Source of the DNA: an uncultured Fibrobacterota bacterium
Lineage (GTDB): Bacteria; Fibrobacterota; Chitinivibrionia; Chitinivibrionales; FEN-1185
Length of the DNA: 64,000 bases
Assembly (NCBI GenBank): GCA_963753345.1
Contig: CAVWBU010000035.1
Coordinates: forward strand, 96,001-160,000
Direction of reading: 5' to 3'
Under the pieces are notes generated by a model. The model was not told the DNA's origin, searched no databases, and worked only from the letters and a program-made list of their open reading frames with translations. Shown in pieces: positions 14,146-24,136 of the stretch. The translations under genes were made by a program, and so were the position numbers. Each line of letters opens with the position of its first letter. Position 1 is the stretch's first letter.

Positions 14146-14856
14146 ATGATTATGAAACGTCACTCGGCAATAATACGTGTCATCATTCTCGGAGCAACAC
14201 TCATGGCCGTCGTAAATTGCGATGCGTCGTCCGACAAGACCGGTGAGAAAAAAGCCGCCGCAGGGAAAGCGGACAGCGTGAATTCCGCCGCCACAAAGAA
14301 CGCGGACGATCTTTCTCAGGATGTCAAGACATTCCTGCTCAAGCTGGCGCGTCAGAACCTTGAGGCAGCGGTGAAGGGCGGATCCCCGGTGGTGCCCCAG
14401 AATTCTCCGGCCATAACCAAGGAATACCGCGGCTGTTTTGTCACGCTCACCAAGCATGGCGAGCTTCGCGGCTGCATCGGGTACATCGAGGGGATAAAGC
14501 CGTTGTACGAGGCCGTGATCGACAATGCCAAGAACGCCGCGCTTGAAGACCCCCGTTTTTCCCCGGTGACCCCGGACGAGCTCTCTGGCATCGAGGTGGA
14601 GGTGTCGGTGCTCACCAAACCCGAGCCCCTGCCGCATACGAGCCCGCAGGACCTTCTTGACAAGCTGGAGCCGGGCAAAGACGGCATCATTTTGTCCAGC
14701 GGCTACCACCAGTCCACGTTTCTGCCCCAGGTGTGGGACCAGCTCCCGGACAAGGTGGACTTCCTCGAACACCTCTCCATGAAGGGCGGCATGCCCGAAG
14801 ACGGATGGAAGACCGCAGATGTCAAGCGCTACCGCGCCGTGCATTTCCACGAGTGA
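14146..14856 (+). CDS. amrA: AmmeMemoRadiSam protein A (AMMECR1 family)
   Basis: GCFVTL, LRGCIG, AALEDPRF, EVSVLT, TFLPQVW. Confidence 0.92.
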   Translation: MIMKRHSAIIRVIILGATLMAVVNCDASSDKTGEKKAAAGKADSVNSAATKNADDLSQDVKTFLLKLARQNLEAAVKGGSPVVPQNSPAITKEYRGCFVTLTKHGELRGCIGYIEGIKPLYEAVIDNAKNAALEDPRFSPVTPDELSGIEVEVSVLTKPEPLPHTSPQDLLDKLEPGKDGIILSSGYHQSTFLPQVWDQLPDKVDFLEHLSMKGGMPEDGWKTADVKRYRAVHFHE

Positions 14857-16775
14857 CGTCAAGCCGGCGCCGTTTCTTTTCGGCGCCGGCCTGTTTGCGG
14901 CCGCGCTGCAGACCGTGTTCTTCCGCGAATTCCTCTCTGTTTTTTCCGGCAATGAACTTTCCATCGGGCTGATCCTGTGCGTGTGGCTCCTGGCCGTGGG
15001 CGCGGGCGACCACGATTTCGTCCCGTGGCCCGGGCCGGGAAGCGGGCAAAGGCTTTGCGCCGGGCGGCGCCGTGTTCGCGCTTGTCGTGTGCGCGGCCGC
15101 GGGTGTCACTATTGTCCGGGCCAGCCGCCTGGTGTTTCTGCCGGGCGAGGCCCTGGGCCCGCTTCAGATGCTGGCGGTGGCCGCCGCAACCGAACTGCCG
15201 TTCGCGTTTGCAAACGGGCTGGTGCTGGGCGCGCTGCTCTCGCGGCCGGCGCAACCGGCCAAGCTTTACGGATGGGAGAACGCGGGCGCGGCCGCGGGCG
15301 CGCTGTGCGTGTTCGCGTGCGTGCTCGCCGGCGCGCCCAACAGCCTGATCGCCGCCGTTGCCGCGCTTCCGCTATTGTTTCTGAGCCGCCGAACGCCGTG
15401 GTTTTGTCTCGCATCCTTGGCGGCGCTGGTTCTTGTCGTGTCGCTTGACCGCGTATCGGTGCAATGGAAATATAACGTTCCTTCGAACGGAATCGTGTAC
15501 GGCCGGGAGGGTGAAATCGTCCAGGCGGACATGGGCGGGGACACCACGTTCCTTCTTAACGGCGCGCTGTACAAGTCGACCATGCAGAAGCCGTTCCTTG
15601 AGCAGGCGGTCCACATCCCCATGGGGCAGCGGCCGAACGCGAAGCGTGCGCTTGTGGTGTTCGACCGGGGCCAGAAACGCGAGCTGGCAAAGTATCCCGA
15701 TTGTTCGGTTGACGTAGTGGAAACCGAGCCGGCGTTTGCCAAAAGGGGAGGCGCCGTCGCCGCGATCGAGACGTTTCGCCCCGCCGCGCGGTACGACGTC
15801 GTGTTTCTGGGGACCGGCATTCCGCGCACCGCGGCTGCGAACCGTTTTTACACGCGCTCATTTTTAGCGCGCGTAAGAACGTTCCTCACCGACGCGGGGA
15901 TCGTCACGTTCACGCTGCCGTTTTCCGAGAACTACTTCTCTCCGGCGGAGAAGAAGCTGTACGATGCGCTGCGCGCGACGCTTTCCTCGGTGTTCCCCTA
16001 TGTTCTGGTATTTCCGGGTGAAGGATATACCTTCATGGCCTCGGTTGCGCCGCTTTCCACACACTGGAACGTCAGGGCTGCCACCGAGTACCTTGCGCAG
16101 TCCATCATTCCCGCTGCTTCGGGCGAGCGGGTCAGGGAAGCGAACCAAAGTCCGGTATTCGCTGTTGTCAATACCCGGGACAGACCGCTCGCGCTGCTGC
16201 TCGGGCTGGAAAGCTGGACCGAGCTGTTCAGGAACCAGTTTGCCATTCTCATTGCGCTGCTCGCGGCCTGTTTTTGCGCCGCGCTCTGGTTTTCGCCTCG
16301 GACCCGCGCCGGCCTCTCGGTGGGAACGAGCGGGCTCGTTCTCGGGGCGTATTCGGTGTGCCTGCTTCTTATTTATCAATCGACCTGCGGCGCGCTCTAT
16401 TCGCGGGTATCGCTGCTGCTCGTCGCGCTCACGGCCGGGTTCTGGGCCGGAGCGTTTGTAAAGAAGCTGCCGCTGTCCGACCTCGCAGTGGGTATCTACT
16501 GCGGCGGCACCCTGCTTGTGCTTTCGGCAATCCCGTCTCCCATGCCGTTTTTGTTCTACGCGTTTCACGCGGGTGCGGGAGTTCTGGGGGGCGCGCAGAT
16601 CGTTTCGAGGAAAAACGCGGGACTCGGCGGGCTCTACGCAGCCGATGTGTTCGGCGGGGCGGTTGGGATGGCGCTGTGCTCGACGCTTTTGGTTCCGCTG
16701 GTGGGGATTGTGCCGGTGGCGCTGGGCATGGCCGCCATCAAGGTAATCGTTGAAATTGTCAATTTTATAAAATAA
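14819..16775 (+). CDS. Membrane-embedded spermidine-synthase-like protein (frameshift near 15010-15070; start uncertain)
   Basis: QTVFFREFLSVFSGNELSIGLIL N-terminus, LYGWENAGAAAG, ANRFYTRSF, LYAADVFGG; many TM helices. Confidence 0.75.
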
Positions 16776-16793
16776 ATCGATAAGATATTTAAA

Positions 16794-17238
16794 GGGGGAG
16801 GTATCCCCCTCGCTCCGGCCGCTTTCAGCGTCCTGCGCTACCCCCTCCAGGGTAGCCGCCTTGACAAAGCAGCTGCAAGATCAAACATTTTTGTGGCGGC
16901 ACCCGAGAAAAGTAGTTGAGGAGTTGAGAAGAAAAAGCGTTTGATACTTGAAACGGTGAAAAGAAACAAAATCCGAAGAGGATATCCGGTAACTGATTCA
17001 TTGCGAATACGGGTTGGCGCAAGGAAGGTAATTTGACAGAATAGATTCCCCTCTGCCGCGCGCCAGGCAGGACTGGAAGGTGCGCTGGAGCGCATTGCCG
17101 CCTGACCACGCCCGAAGGGCCATAGTGGCGGGCGGCAACGAGGCCGCAGGCCGAGCCTGAAAGGAGGGCCGACGCCGCGAAGCGGCGGGGCGCCCAAGTA
17201 TTTTATTGATCTATTGACGAAGGCGAGGGGAACGCCCA
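16794..17238 (+). repeat. A-spacer-B structured repeat unit with an extra B terminus (17221-17238)
   Basis: gggggaggtatccccc...; spacer nearly identical to 20860-20960; ends ggggcgccca, then gaggggaacgccca. Confidence 0.9.
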
Positions 17239-17253
17239 TTTCAAATTAATCAT

Positions 17254-18018
17254 TTACTTACCAGAATCCTTTACAATCCCCAAACTATCCGTAATCGCCC
17301 TGAATCTATAGTACTTCCGCAGCACCCTGTGGTAGTAGTCGCTTGACAAACGCTGCTGCGACGCAAGCTGTTCGAGAATTGACTCCCGGGCCCTGGTTGT
17401 AGGCGAGCAGGCCGAGCTTGAAACTGCGGAAATGCGCGATGAGCTGCGTGAGGTATGCGGCGCCGAGGACCACGTTGACGTCGGGCCTCAAGAGGTCGGC
17501 GGTTGCTGTGCACGGTCAATGCCCAGGCTCTGGGCGATCTTCTGCGCGGTCTCCAGCTTGAGCTGCATCAGGCCGAACGCGCCGCTTGCCTCGCCGCTCT
17601 TGTACTGCCCTGCCGCGCGCGACGAAAACCTGCTTTCCACGTCGATCACGGCGAGCAGCAGCAGCGGATCGTAGCCGTAGGTGGAACTGCTCTCGTGCAC
17701 CAGGTCTGCAAGATGCCAGTAGGTCTGCGCCGAGAACCTGGTGCCGAGCACCGCCCGCATGGCGGCGATGATTCGTTCCTTTGACGCAAGATCCGCCAGG
17801 TTCTTCTCGTCGGCCTGTTTGCTCTCGTGGAGCGACAGGATGCGGCGGTCGTTGGAGCGGATGATCGCTTCGTCAAGCACGATGAGGAAGGTGAGGGTGA
17901 AGAACGCGAAAAGAATGCCTGCGATGAGGACAATGCTGGCGAATTCGGAGATCCAGATCTTGTTTCCGTGCAGAATGACGCCGAGGCGGAGCAACAATGA
18001 CGAGCGGCCCGGTTTCAC
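17254..18018 (-). CDS. Lytic transglycosylase (SLT domain) membrane protein, two frameshifts
   Basis: LLAVIDVESRF, GAFGLMQL, NVVLGAAYL, LLAYNQGP, and a final frame DYYHRVLRKY ending at 17254. Confidence 0.8.
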
Positions 18019-18644
18019 GGCGATTTCCTTGCAGTGCTGTCTTTGAGGATGCCGAGCTGCTCGAGCGGCCGGATGCGGTCGCGGAGCTCCTTGATTTCCG
18101 CGGTGGCGCTGCGGTTCCATTCGGTGAGCGCACGCGTTTCGGTCTCCTGCCTACGGATGCGCTGGTTCTGCTGATGGATGATGAACATGAGCGTGAGGAT
18201 CCACCCGAACAGGGTGATGAGAAGCGTGAGCGCCACCGGGCGCGACAGCCTGATACCGGTCTTTCTCGAAAGCATCCGTCCCCTGCGGCGCAGGTTGCCG
18301 AAGATCCCGCCTGCCGGCAGCGACTGTGCGTCCGGATAGATGGAGAAAATGCTCCGGTAGGGAGAGAACGCCTTTGAAACGCCTTCGTTCCGGAAAATAA
18401 ACAGGATGTCGCCGCCCTTGCCGCGCATGAGGTTAAGCAGCGAAAGGAACATCTGCGCAACGGAGTCGTCGATGTCAAGCACGTTCTCCATGTCGACCAC
18501 GAGCCGGCGGTTGCCGTCGTCGATAAGGCCGGCGATTTTCTCGCGCATGCTCGGCACCTGCTCGCCGTGGAACGGGCCCGATAAAAACAGCCACACCGCC
18601 TGGTTCCGGCCTTCGATGGTGATGTCGAGCGCTTCAGATCTCAT
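18015..18644 (-). CDS. STAS-domain (anti-sigma antagonist-like) protein with C-terminal TM helix and coiled coil
   Basis: LVVDMENVLDIDDS STAS-like motif; TM LTLLITLFGWILTLMFII. Confidence 0.75.
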   Translation of the reverse strand: MRSEALDITIEGRNQAVWLFLSGPFHGEQVPSMREKIAGLIDDGNRRLVVDMENVLDIDDSVAQMFLSLLNLMRGKGGDILFIFRNEGVSKAFSPYRSIFSIYPDAQSLPAGGIFGNLRRRGRMLSRKTGIRLSRPVALTLLITLFGWILTLMFIIHQQNQRIRRQETETRALTEWNRSATAEIKELRDRIRPLEQLGILKDSTARKSP

Positions 18645-20571
18645 CCGACTGCCTTTCCGCAAGAGCGATGCGCCTGAACTGCAGCCTGCCGATAAGCGAC
18701 CACATGCCGCTGCCCTCGAGCGTGACCGGCGCGGTGAGCACGATCGTGATTGCTTCTGCCTGGCCCGGATCGACGCCCGGCGGCACGGCCGGATAGCACC
18801 ACACGTCCACCGGTTTCTGCAGCGCGCAGGCCACCATCACCCCGCACAAGGGATCGGCCACGAGCCATTCGGTAACCTGTGCAAGTTCCCGAAGACCGCT
18901 GCCCAGTCCCCGCAATCTTTCCTTCTTGTTAAGGAGGTAGGCCTTGTCCGCCGCGATGCCGGGAAGCGACACGGTGAGTTCAACCGCGAGGCGGAACGAG
19001 TACGGGGTGAGCGAGTTGTTGGTGATCTGGTAGACAAAGGACAGCGCGGGGCGGTCCTTTTCGAGCCCCAGAACCTTTTCCATTGACAAGGGGCAGTTCC
19101 TGCCTGCCTGCACGAGGGATCCCTGGCGGTGGAGGGACGTCTTGATGCTGTCGCCCGCCTTCTTGATCTTGTACTCGTACGCGCCGCAGAAGAAATCGCC
19201 GAGCTCGGGCGCGCTCTTCGCCCGGTACTGCTCCGCCTGCGTCGCGGTGTCCACCATGCGGTCCACGAACATGGTATACGAGAGCCCGGGCTCGATCACC
19301 ATGGGAAGGGCGTGGCGCGACGGGTTGTACCCGGCGCACACGTTGGCGCGCCTGCGTTTGAAATCGATTTCGAACACGCTGCCGCCGTTCTGGTGGTCCA
19401 CGTAGACCGCGAGGTTCTTGTTTGTCATGATGATGCTTTTGCCGCCGTTGCGCAGGAAATCGGCGATGCGGATCTGGCCGCCGCTCACGCCGTCGCGCTC
19501 GCGCAGTTCAGCCTCTATCCCGATGAGCTTTTCGTAGCACCACATGCGGTCGTGCAGCCGCGTGAAGCCGCTTGACTTCGACGGGATGAACCGGTTTATG
19601 TCGGAAACGAAGAACAGCGTCTTCTTGTGCGGCTCCACGTGCTTGGCGTCGCGGCGCGAGCCGATGACGTCCGCGACGTCCATCAGCTTGCGCTGGATGA
19701 TGCCCACCTGGTCGAACGAATGCAGGTAATTGACGAAATGCGGGGCGGTGTCGGAATCGTCCCGCCGGAGCACCAGGCTCTGCGGCAGGTACATGAGCCC
19801 GAGCGGCGGGTTCGACGAGAGAAACTCGGTGAATCGAATGGGCTGGTAGGTGAGCAGCAGCCGGTCGAACACGGCGGCCGCCTCCAGAAGCGCGCGCTGC
19901 GTCGCGGCCATGTCCTGCGACAGCAGGGGGCAGAGAAAGTCGATGCACAGCAGCTTGACAGGATCGGAATTCTTCTCGTCTGCGGCGAACTGGTCCTGTA
20001 TCCACGTTTCCATGGAGCCGGCCACCGTGGACGGATAGATGGCATGCACGGGAAACAGAACGGTCGACGAACCGGCGAATTCGGTGACCCAGTATCCCAG
20101 GCGCGATCGGTGCTGGCCCGCAAGGAGCGAGCGCGACAGCACGCTGTAATGGATGCCCGCGCCGTTGAGAACATCGATATACGACGGCTCCCAGTTGGAA
20201 AACGGGGGTGCGAAGCCGGCCGGGCGGCATCCCGCGTATTCCTGGAACGTTGCAATGCCGTGCCGCAGGTTCTCATTGAACAGCCACTGGGGGCAAAAGC
20301 TCAAAAACGGCTCGGTGTAGCCTGTTGTCAACCACTCGATCGCGCCCTTCTTGTGCATCTCGCGGAACTGCAGAAGGAGCATGGGGTCGATCGCTTCGAG
20401 AAAATACCCGGGCATCACGAGATTGAGCCGGATGTTCTGGTACGAATTGCCTATGTCAAGAACGGTCCTGGCGAAATCGTTCACCGCTTCCCGGAACGTG
20501 TTTCGGGGAGCGAGTGCGTTCTTATAGGGATGGATGAGAAAGGCGATGGAGTGGCGTTTCATGACTATCAT
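18634..20571 (-). CDS. GH57-family alpha-amylase/4-alpha-glucanotransferase-like protein
   Basis: EWLTTGYTEPFL, WEPS, LMYLPQS, IADFLRNGG and C-terminal beta-sandwich resemble the GH57 plus DUF1925/1926 layout. Confidence 0.7.
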   Translation of the reverse strand: MIVMKRHSIAFLIHPYKNALAPRNTFREAVNDFARTVLDIGNSYQNIRLNLVMPGYFLEAIDPMLLLQFREMHKKGAIEWLTTGYTEPFLSFCPQWLFNENLRHGIATFQEYAGCRPAGFAPPFSNWEPSYIDVLNGAGIHYSVLSRSLLAGQHRSRLGYWVTEFAGSSTVLFPVHAIYPSTVAGSMETWIQDQFAADEKNSDPVKLLCIDFLCPLLSQDMAATQRALLEAAAVFDRLLLTYQPIRFTEFLSSNPPLGLMYLPQSLVLRRDDSDTAPHFVNYLHSFDQVGIIQRKLMDVADVIGSRRDAKHVEPHKKTLFFVSDINRFIPSKSSGFTRLHDRMWCYEKLIGIEAELRERDGVSGGQIRIADFLRNGGKSIIMTNKNLAVYVDHQNGGSVFEIDFKRRRANVCAGYNPSRHALPMVIEPGLSYTMFVDRMVDTATQAEQYRAKSAPELGDFFCGAYEYKIKKAGDSIKTSLHRQGSLVQAGRNCPLSMEKVLGLEKDRPALSFVYQITNNSLTPYSFRLAVELTVSLPGIAADKAYLLNKKERLRGLGSGLRELAQVTEWLVADPLCGVMVACALQKPVDVWCYPAVPPGVDPGQAEAITIVLTAPVTLEGSGMWSLIGRLQFRRIALAERQSDEI

Positions 20572-20600
20572 AGTATATAATGGCCGGATGAATGAGACAA
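20572..20600 (-). promoter_or_regulatory. Sigma70-like promoter TTGTCT-N17-TATACT
   Basis: Minus strand ttgtct cattcatccggccatta tatact, 9 nt before ATG at 20562. Confidence 0.55.
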
Positions 20601-20640
20601 TGGTGAAAGATGGGGAATTTTATACAGGATATGCTTTTGA

Positions 20641-21151
20641 TGGGGGACGTTTCCCCCTCGCTCCGGCCCGGCGCTAACATTCAGATTTTGGCATATCGTC
20701 AACTGCGCCGGTCCTGCGCTACCCCCTCCTGGGTGGCCCCCAAGAAGAAGTAGTTGCAGAACCAGACTCCTGCGTGGGGGCACCCAAGTAGATCGGCTGT
20801 GTTGAAACTTTCTTTACTTTGTCACTTTGTTACTATGTCACTCTTTTTCTGCGGCAGCACCGAGAAAAAGAGTTGAGGAGTTGAGAAGAAAAAGCGTTGA
20901 ATAGTTGAAACGTTGAAAAGAAATAAAATCCGAAGAGGATATCCGGAAACTGATTTATTGTGGATGCGGATTGGCGGTGGAAGAGGTAGTTGACTAATGG
21001 ATTTCTTCTGCCGCGCGCTAGGCAGGACCGTAGGGTGCGCTGGAGCGCATTGCCGCCTGATCCCTCGCCGAAGGCGGTAGGGACAGGCGGCAACGAGGCG
21101 AATAGCCGAGCCCGGAGGGAGGGCCGCCGCTGCGCAGCAGCGGGGCGCCCA
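20641..21151 (+). repeat. A-spacer-B structured repeat unit
   Basis: tgggggacgtttccccctcgctccggcc...gggtggccccca...tgggggcaccc; ...gagcgcattgccgcc...ggggcgccca. Confidence 0.9.
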
Positions 21152-21166
21152 GATTTTAGGTATTTA

Positions 21167-21694
21167 TTAATATTTTACATCGGCAAACTCAACCCATCCC
21201 CCGGCCTTGACAAGCGCCTCATCAAAAGGATTGAGCGAGAACGCCACGGAACGGCTCTTGTCCCTGCCCCACGAGAAGATAAGCGTCTTCTCGTGAAAGT
21301 CAACATCGCATACGGTGTTGGATCGGTCGCACGCGGAAAACAGGCCGTCGATGTCGGCCTTGGGAAGCTCTATGGCCATCATGCCGCAGTTGAACATGTT
21401 CTGCCGGAAGATGCGCGCAAAGCTCTCTGCGACGACAACCGTGATGGCGTTTTCCTCGAGCGCCCATGGCGCGTGCTCGCGCGACGACCCGCACCCGAAG
21501 TTCGAGCGCGACACCACGACGCGGCGGTTCTTGATCCCGGATTTCGGATCAAAACCCGCAAGCTTCAGGTCTTCGAGCAGGTGCGGCCCCAGCGCGTCCT
21601 TCGTCACCTCGTTGAGATATTTGGCCGGAATGATTTCGTCGGTGTTGATGTCCGGTCTGTCGAGAAATAATACCGGGCCTCCGAATGTTTTCAT
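21167..21694 (-). CDS. leuD: 3-isopropylmalate dehydratase small subunit
   Basis: DINTDEIIPAKYL, NFGCGSSREHAPWAL, SFARIFRQN. Confidence 0.93.
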   Translation of the reverse strand: MKTFGGPVLFLDRPDINTDEIIPAKYLNEVTKDALGPHLLEDLKLAGFDPKSGIKNRRVVVSRSNFGCGSSREHAPWALEENAITVVVAESFARIFRQNMFNCGMMAIELPKADIDGLFSACDRSNTVCDVDFHEKTLIFSWGRDKSRSVAFSLNPFDEALVKAGGWVEFADVKY

Positions 21695-21696
21695 GA

Positions 21697-22995
21697 TTAG
21701 TTCCTTTCCTTCAGATAGTTTCTGGGATCTGTCAATTTGCCCGTGATCCCGCTCGCGGCTGCCGTGGCAGGGCTCACTAAATGCACCATGCCGCCCTTGC
21801 CCATGCGGCCGTAGAAATTCCTGTTCGTGGTCGACGCGCACACCTCACCTTCGGCGAGCACGCCGTTGCTCATCCCGAGGCATGCGCCGCAGGTCGGGTT
21901 GGTCACGCAGTAACCCGCGTCCAAGAATGTTTGGATGATCCCTTCCTTCATGGCCTCTGCGAAAACTTTTGGGGTGGCGGGACTCACGATGCCGCGTACG
22001 CCCTTTGCCAGCCGTGTGCCCTTGACAATTGCCGCAGCGATGCGCAGATCGGAAATCCTGCCGTTGGTGCAGGAGCCTATGTACACTTGGTCAATCTTTA
22101 CATCCGCAAGCTCGCGGACCTTCTTCACCTGGTCGGGCTTGTAGCCGATGGTTGCGACAGGTTCAAGGACGCTTGCGTCTATTGTCAAGCGTTTCTCGTA
22201 GGCCGCGTCCGGATCGGAATGCCACTTCCTGAAATCGGCGAGCGCCGCGGCCTTGTCGTTCTTGTACTGCGCTGCGATAAAGGGCCAGAGATATTCCACG
22301 GTCTGCATGTCGGGCATGCATATGCCGCTTGTTGCGCCCGCCTCCACTGCCATGTTACAGAGCGTCATGCGCTCGTCCATGGTCATTGCATCAACCACCG
22401 GCCCGCAAAATTCGATGATGCGGTCTGTTGCGCCGTTTACCGTGAGCGTCCGGATGATTTCGAGAATGACGTCTTTGGCATAGACTCCCTTTGCAAGCGT
22501 TCCGGTTATGTCAATTCTGATCGTTTGCGGCGGCCGGAACGCGCACACGCCCTTGAGGATGCCCACCTCCAGATCGGTGGTGCCCACGCCGGCAGCAAAC
22601 GCTCCGAACGCGCCGTGCGTGCACGTGTGGCTGTCACCCATGATAACCGTGTATCCGGGCCGGACAAATCCCTTTTCGGGAAAAAGGGCGTGACACACGC
22701 CGTTGTATCCTATGTCAAAGAAGTCAACGATGTTGTGCCGCGTCGCCCAGTCGCGCAGCATTTTCGCCTGCGTGGCGCTTTTGCTGTCCTTGGGCGGGCT
22801 CACATGGTCGATGACGGCCTTGATCTTCGCCGGATCGAATACGCGGTCCTTACCGCGGGCCATTAAATCCGCGATCGCGATGGGCGTGGTTATCTCGTGG
22901 CACATGACCACGTCGATGGCCAATACTTTTGTGCCCGGGAAGGGTTCGTCCTTGACATGCGAGTCGAAAATTTTCTGGGTGATTGTTCTACTCAT
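21697..22995 (-). CDS. leuC: 3-isopropylmalate dehydratase large subunit
   Basis: GVCH, GDSHTCTHGAFG, IGSCTNGR, CGACLG, STTNRNFYGRMG. Confidence 0.93.
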   Translation of the reverse strand: MSRTITQKIFDSHVKDEPFPGTKVLAIDVVMCHEITTPIAIADLMARGKDRVFDPAKIKAVIDHVSPPKDSKSATQAKMLRDWATRHNIVDFFDIGYNGVCHALFPEKGFVRPGYTVIMGDSHTCTHGAFGAFAAGVGTTDLEVGILKGVCAFRPPQTIRIDITGTLAKGVYAKDVILEIIRTLTVNGATDRIIEFCGPVVDAMTMDERMTLCNMAVEAGATSGICMPDMQTVEYLWPFIAAQYKNDKAAALADFRKWHSDPDAAYEKRLTIDASVLEPVATIGYKPDQVKKVRELADVKIDQVYIGSCTNGRISDLRIAAAIVKGTRLAKGVRGIVSPATPKVFAEAMKEGIIQTFLDAGYCVTNPTCGACLGMSNGVLAEGEVCASTTNRNFYGRMGKGGMVHLVSPATAAASGITGKLTDPRNYLKERN

Positions 22996-23035
22996 GATGG
23001 CTTTGTTTCCTTTCTTTTTGCTAATATGTTCTGGT

Positions 23036-23388
23036 GGGGACACCGCTTCGCGGTTTCCCCTGGGGTGCAGCTTCCTCCCGCCGATTTCGACGGGAGGTGA
23101 TCTGCACCCACACCCTTTCCAGCGGAAACCGTGCACGAGGCGCACCGTTTACACAGTGCGCGCGTGTCACGTTTCCGCAACGCCTTCGCTATGGAATGCC
23201 GCTTCGCGGCGATGAATGCGAAACGGCCCGACCTTACTTATTATCCGTCAACAACTCTCCTTGGGTGCCCCCCAGCCGCAGATTGATTCTTGCAACTACT
23301 CCATCTTGGGGGTCACCCAGGAGGGGGTAGCGCAGGACACCGCAGGCCGAAGGCCGAGGAGGCCGGAGCGAGGGGGAAACTTCCCCCA
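23036..23388. repeat. Inverted A/A pair of structured repeat modules (divergent forward A from 23036; reverse A 23261-23388)
   Basis: ggggacaccgcttcgcggtttcccc tggggtgcag...ctgcacccacaccc matches the 43393 copy; reverse A nearly identical to 61240-61307. Confidence 0.75.
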
Positions 23389-23406
23389 CATGAACATGAA
23401 TTGACA

Positions 23407-24000
23407 TTATTTCTCCTCCAAATAATCCTTATGCGGCGGAAGTGCATTCCACACGGCCCTGAACACCGACTTTCCTTTATTCACAAGTTTGTGGGGCAGG
23501 TGCGAATCGTAGGAGACGCTGTCCCCTTCGCCCACGGCGAACTCCTCGCCGTTGACAACAAGGACCGCGTTTCCCGACAGCACGTACCCCATCTCCACCC
23601 CTTCGTGGCCGTTGCCCGACATGCCGGCCTCTCTGCCCGGCGCGATTTCCAGAAGCAGCATTTCGGCAGGATGGCCTGCGTCGCCGCTTGCGGCGAGCTG
23701 TTCGAACCGCACGCCCCTGCTCTGCGTCGAAAGCCGTTTCCCGCGGTGATGCACTCTTACCGGCGCACCAGGCGAGACTCTGCGGAACAAGTCCGCCGCG
23801 TCCATGTCGAGCGCAGCGCATACCCCCATGAGGGTATCGATCGAGGGCGCCACGCTGCCCCGCTCGATCTGGGAGAGCATGCTCGTGGAGATTCCGGCCT
23901 TCTGTGCCACCTCGCCCTGATTCTTCCCGAGCTTTTCGCGGAAAAGCCTGAGAATCTTGCCTATTTCAGGTACGAGCGATTTAAGTGATACTGTACTCAT
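23407..24000 (-). CDS. XRE-family HTH plus cupin transcriptional regulator
   Basis: QGEVAQKAGISTSMLSQIERGSVAPS HTH; HEGVEMGYVLSG, GDSVSYDSHLPH cupin. Confidence 0.9.
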   Translation of the reverse strand: MSTVSLKSLVPEIGKILRLFREKLGKNQGEVAQKAGISTSMLSQIERGSVAPSIDTLMGVCAALDMDAADLFRRVSPGAPVRVHHRGKRLSTQSRGVRFEQLAASGDAGHPAEMLLLEIAPGREAGMSGNGHEGVEMGYVLSGNAVLVVNGEEFAVGEGDSVSYDSHLPHKLVNKGKSVFRAVWNALPPHKDYLEEK

Positions 24001-24007
24001 TACAGTA

Positions 24008-24036
24008 ATTATAAAACATTTCCGGCGAAAAAGCAA
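24008..24036 (-). promoter_or_regulatory. Sigma70-like promoter TTGCTT-N17-TATAAT, 7 nt before the ATG (leaderless-type)
   Basis: Plus strand attata 24008-24013 and aagcaa 24031-24036. Confidence 0.65.
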
Positions 24037-24136
24037 GCATTTTATTTGCGGCCATGGGACAGGCACGGGAAATTATTTTTATTCGTGCCGAGCAACCATC
24101 CGCATTTGTGGAGCGTTGGGCGGCAGGGAGCATGCC

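Noticed and set aside
23000-23260. Leucine attenuator or T-box riboswitch upstream of leuC
   Set aside because: No Leu-rich leader peptide or T-box motif was seen; the stems match a divergent module A
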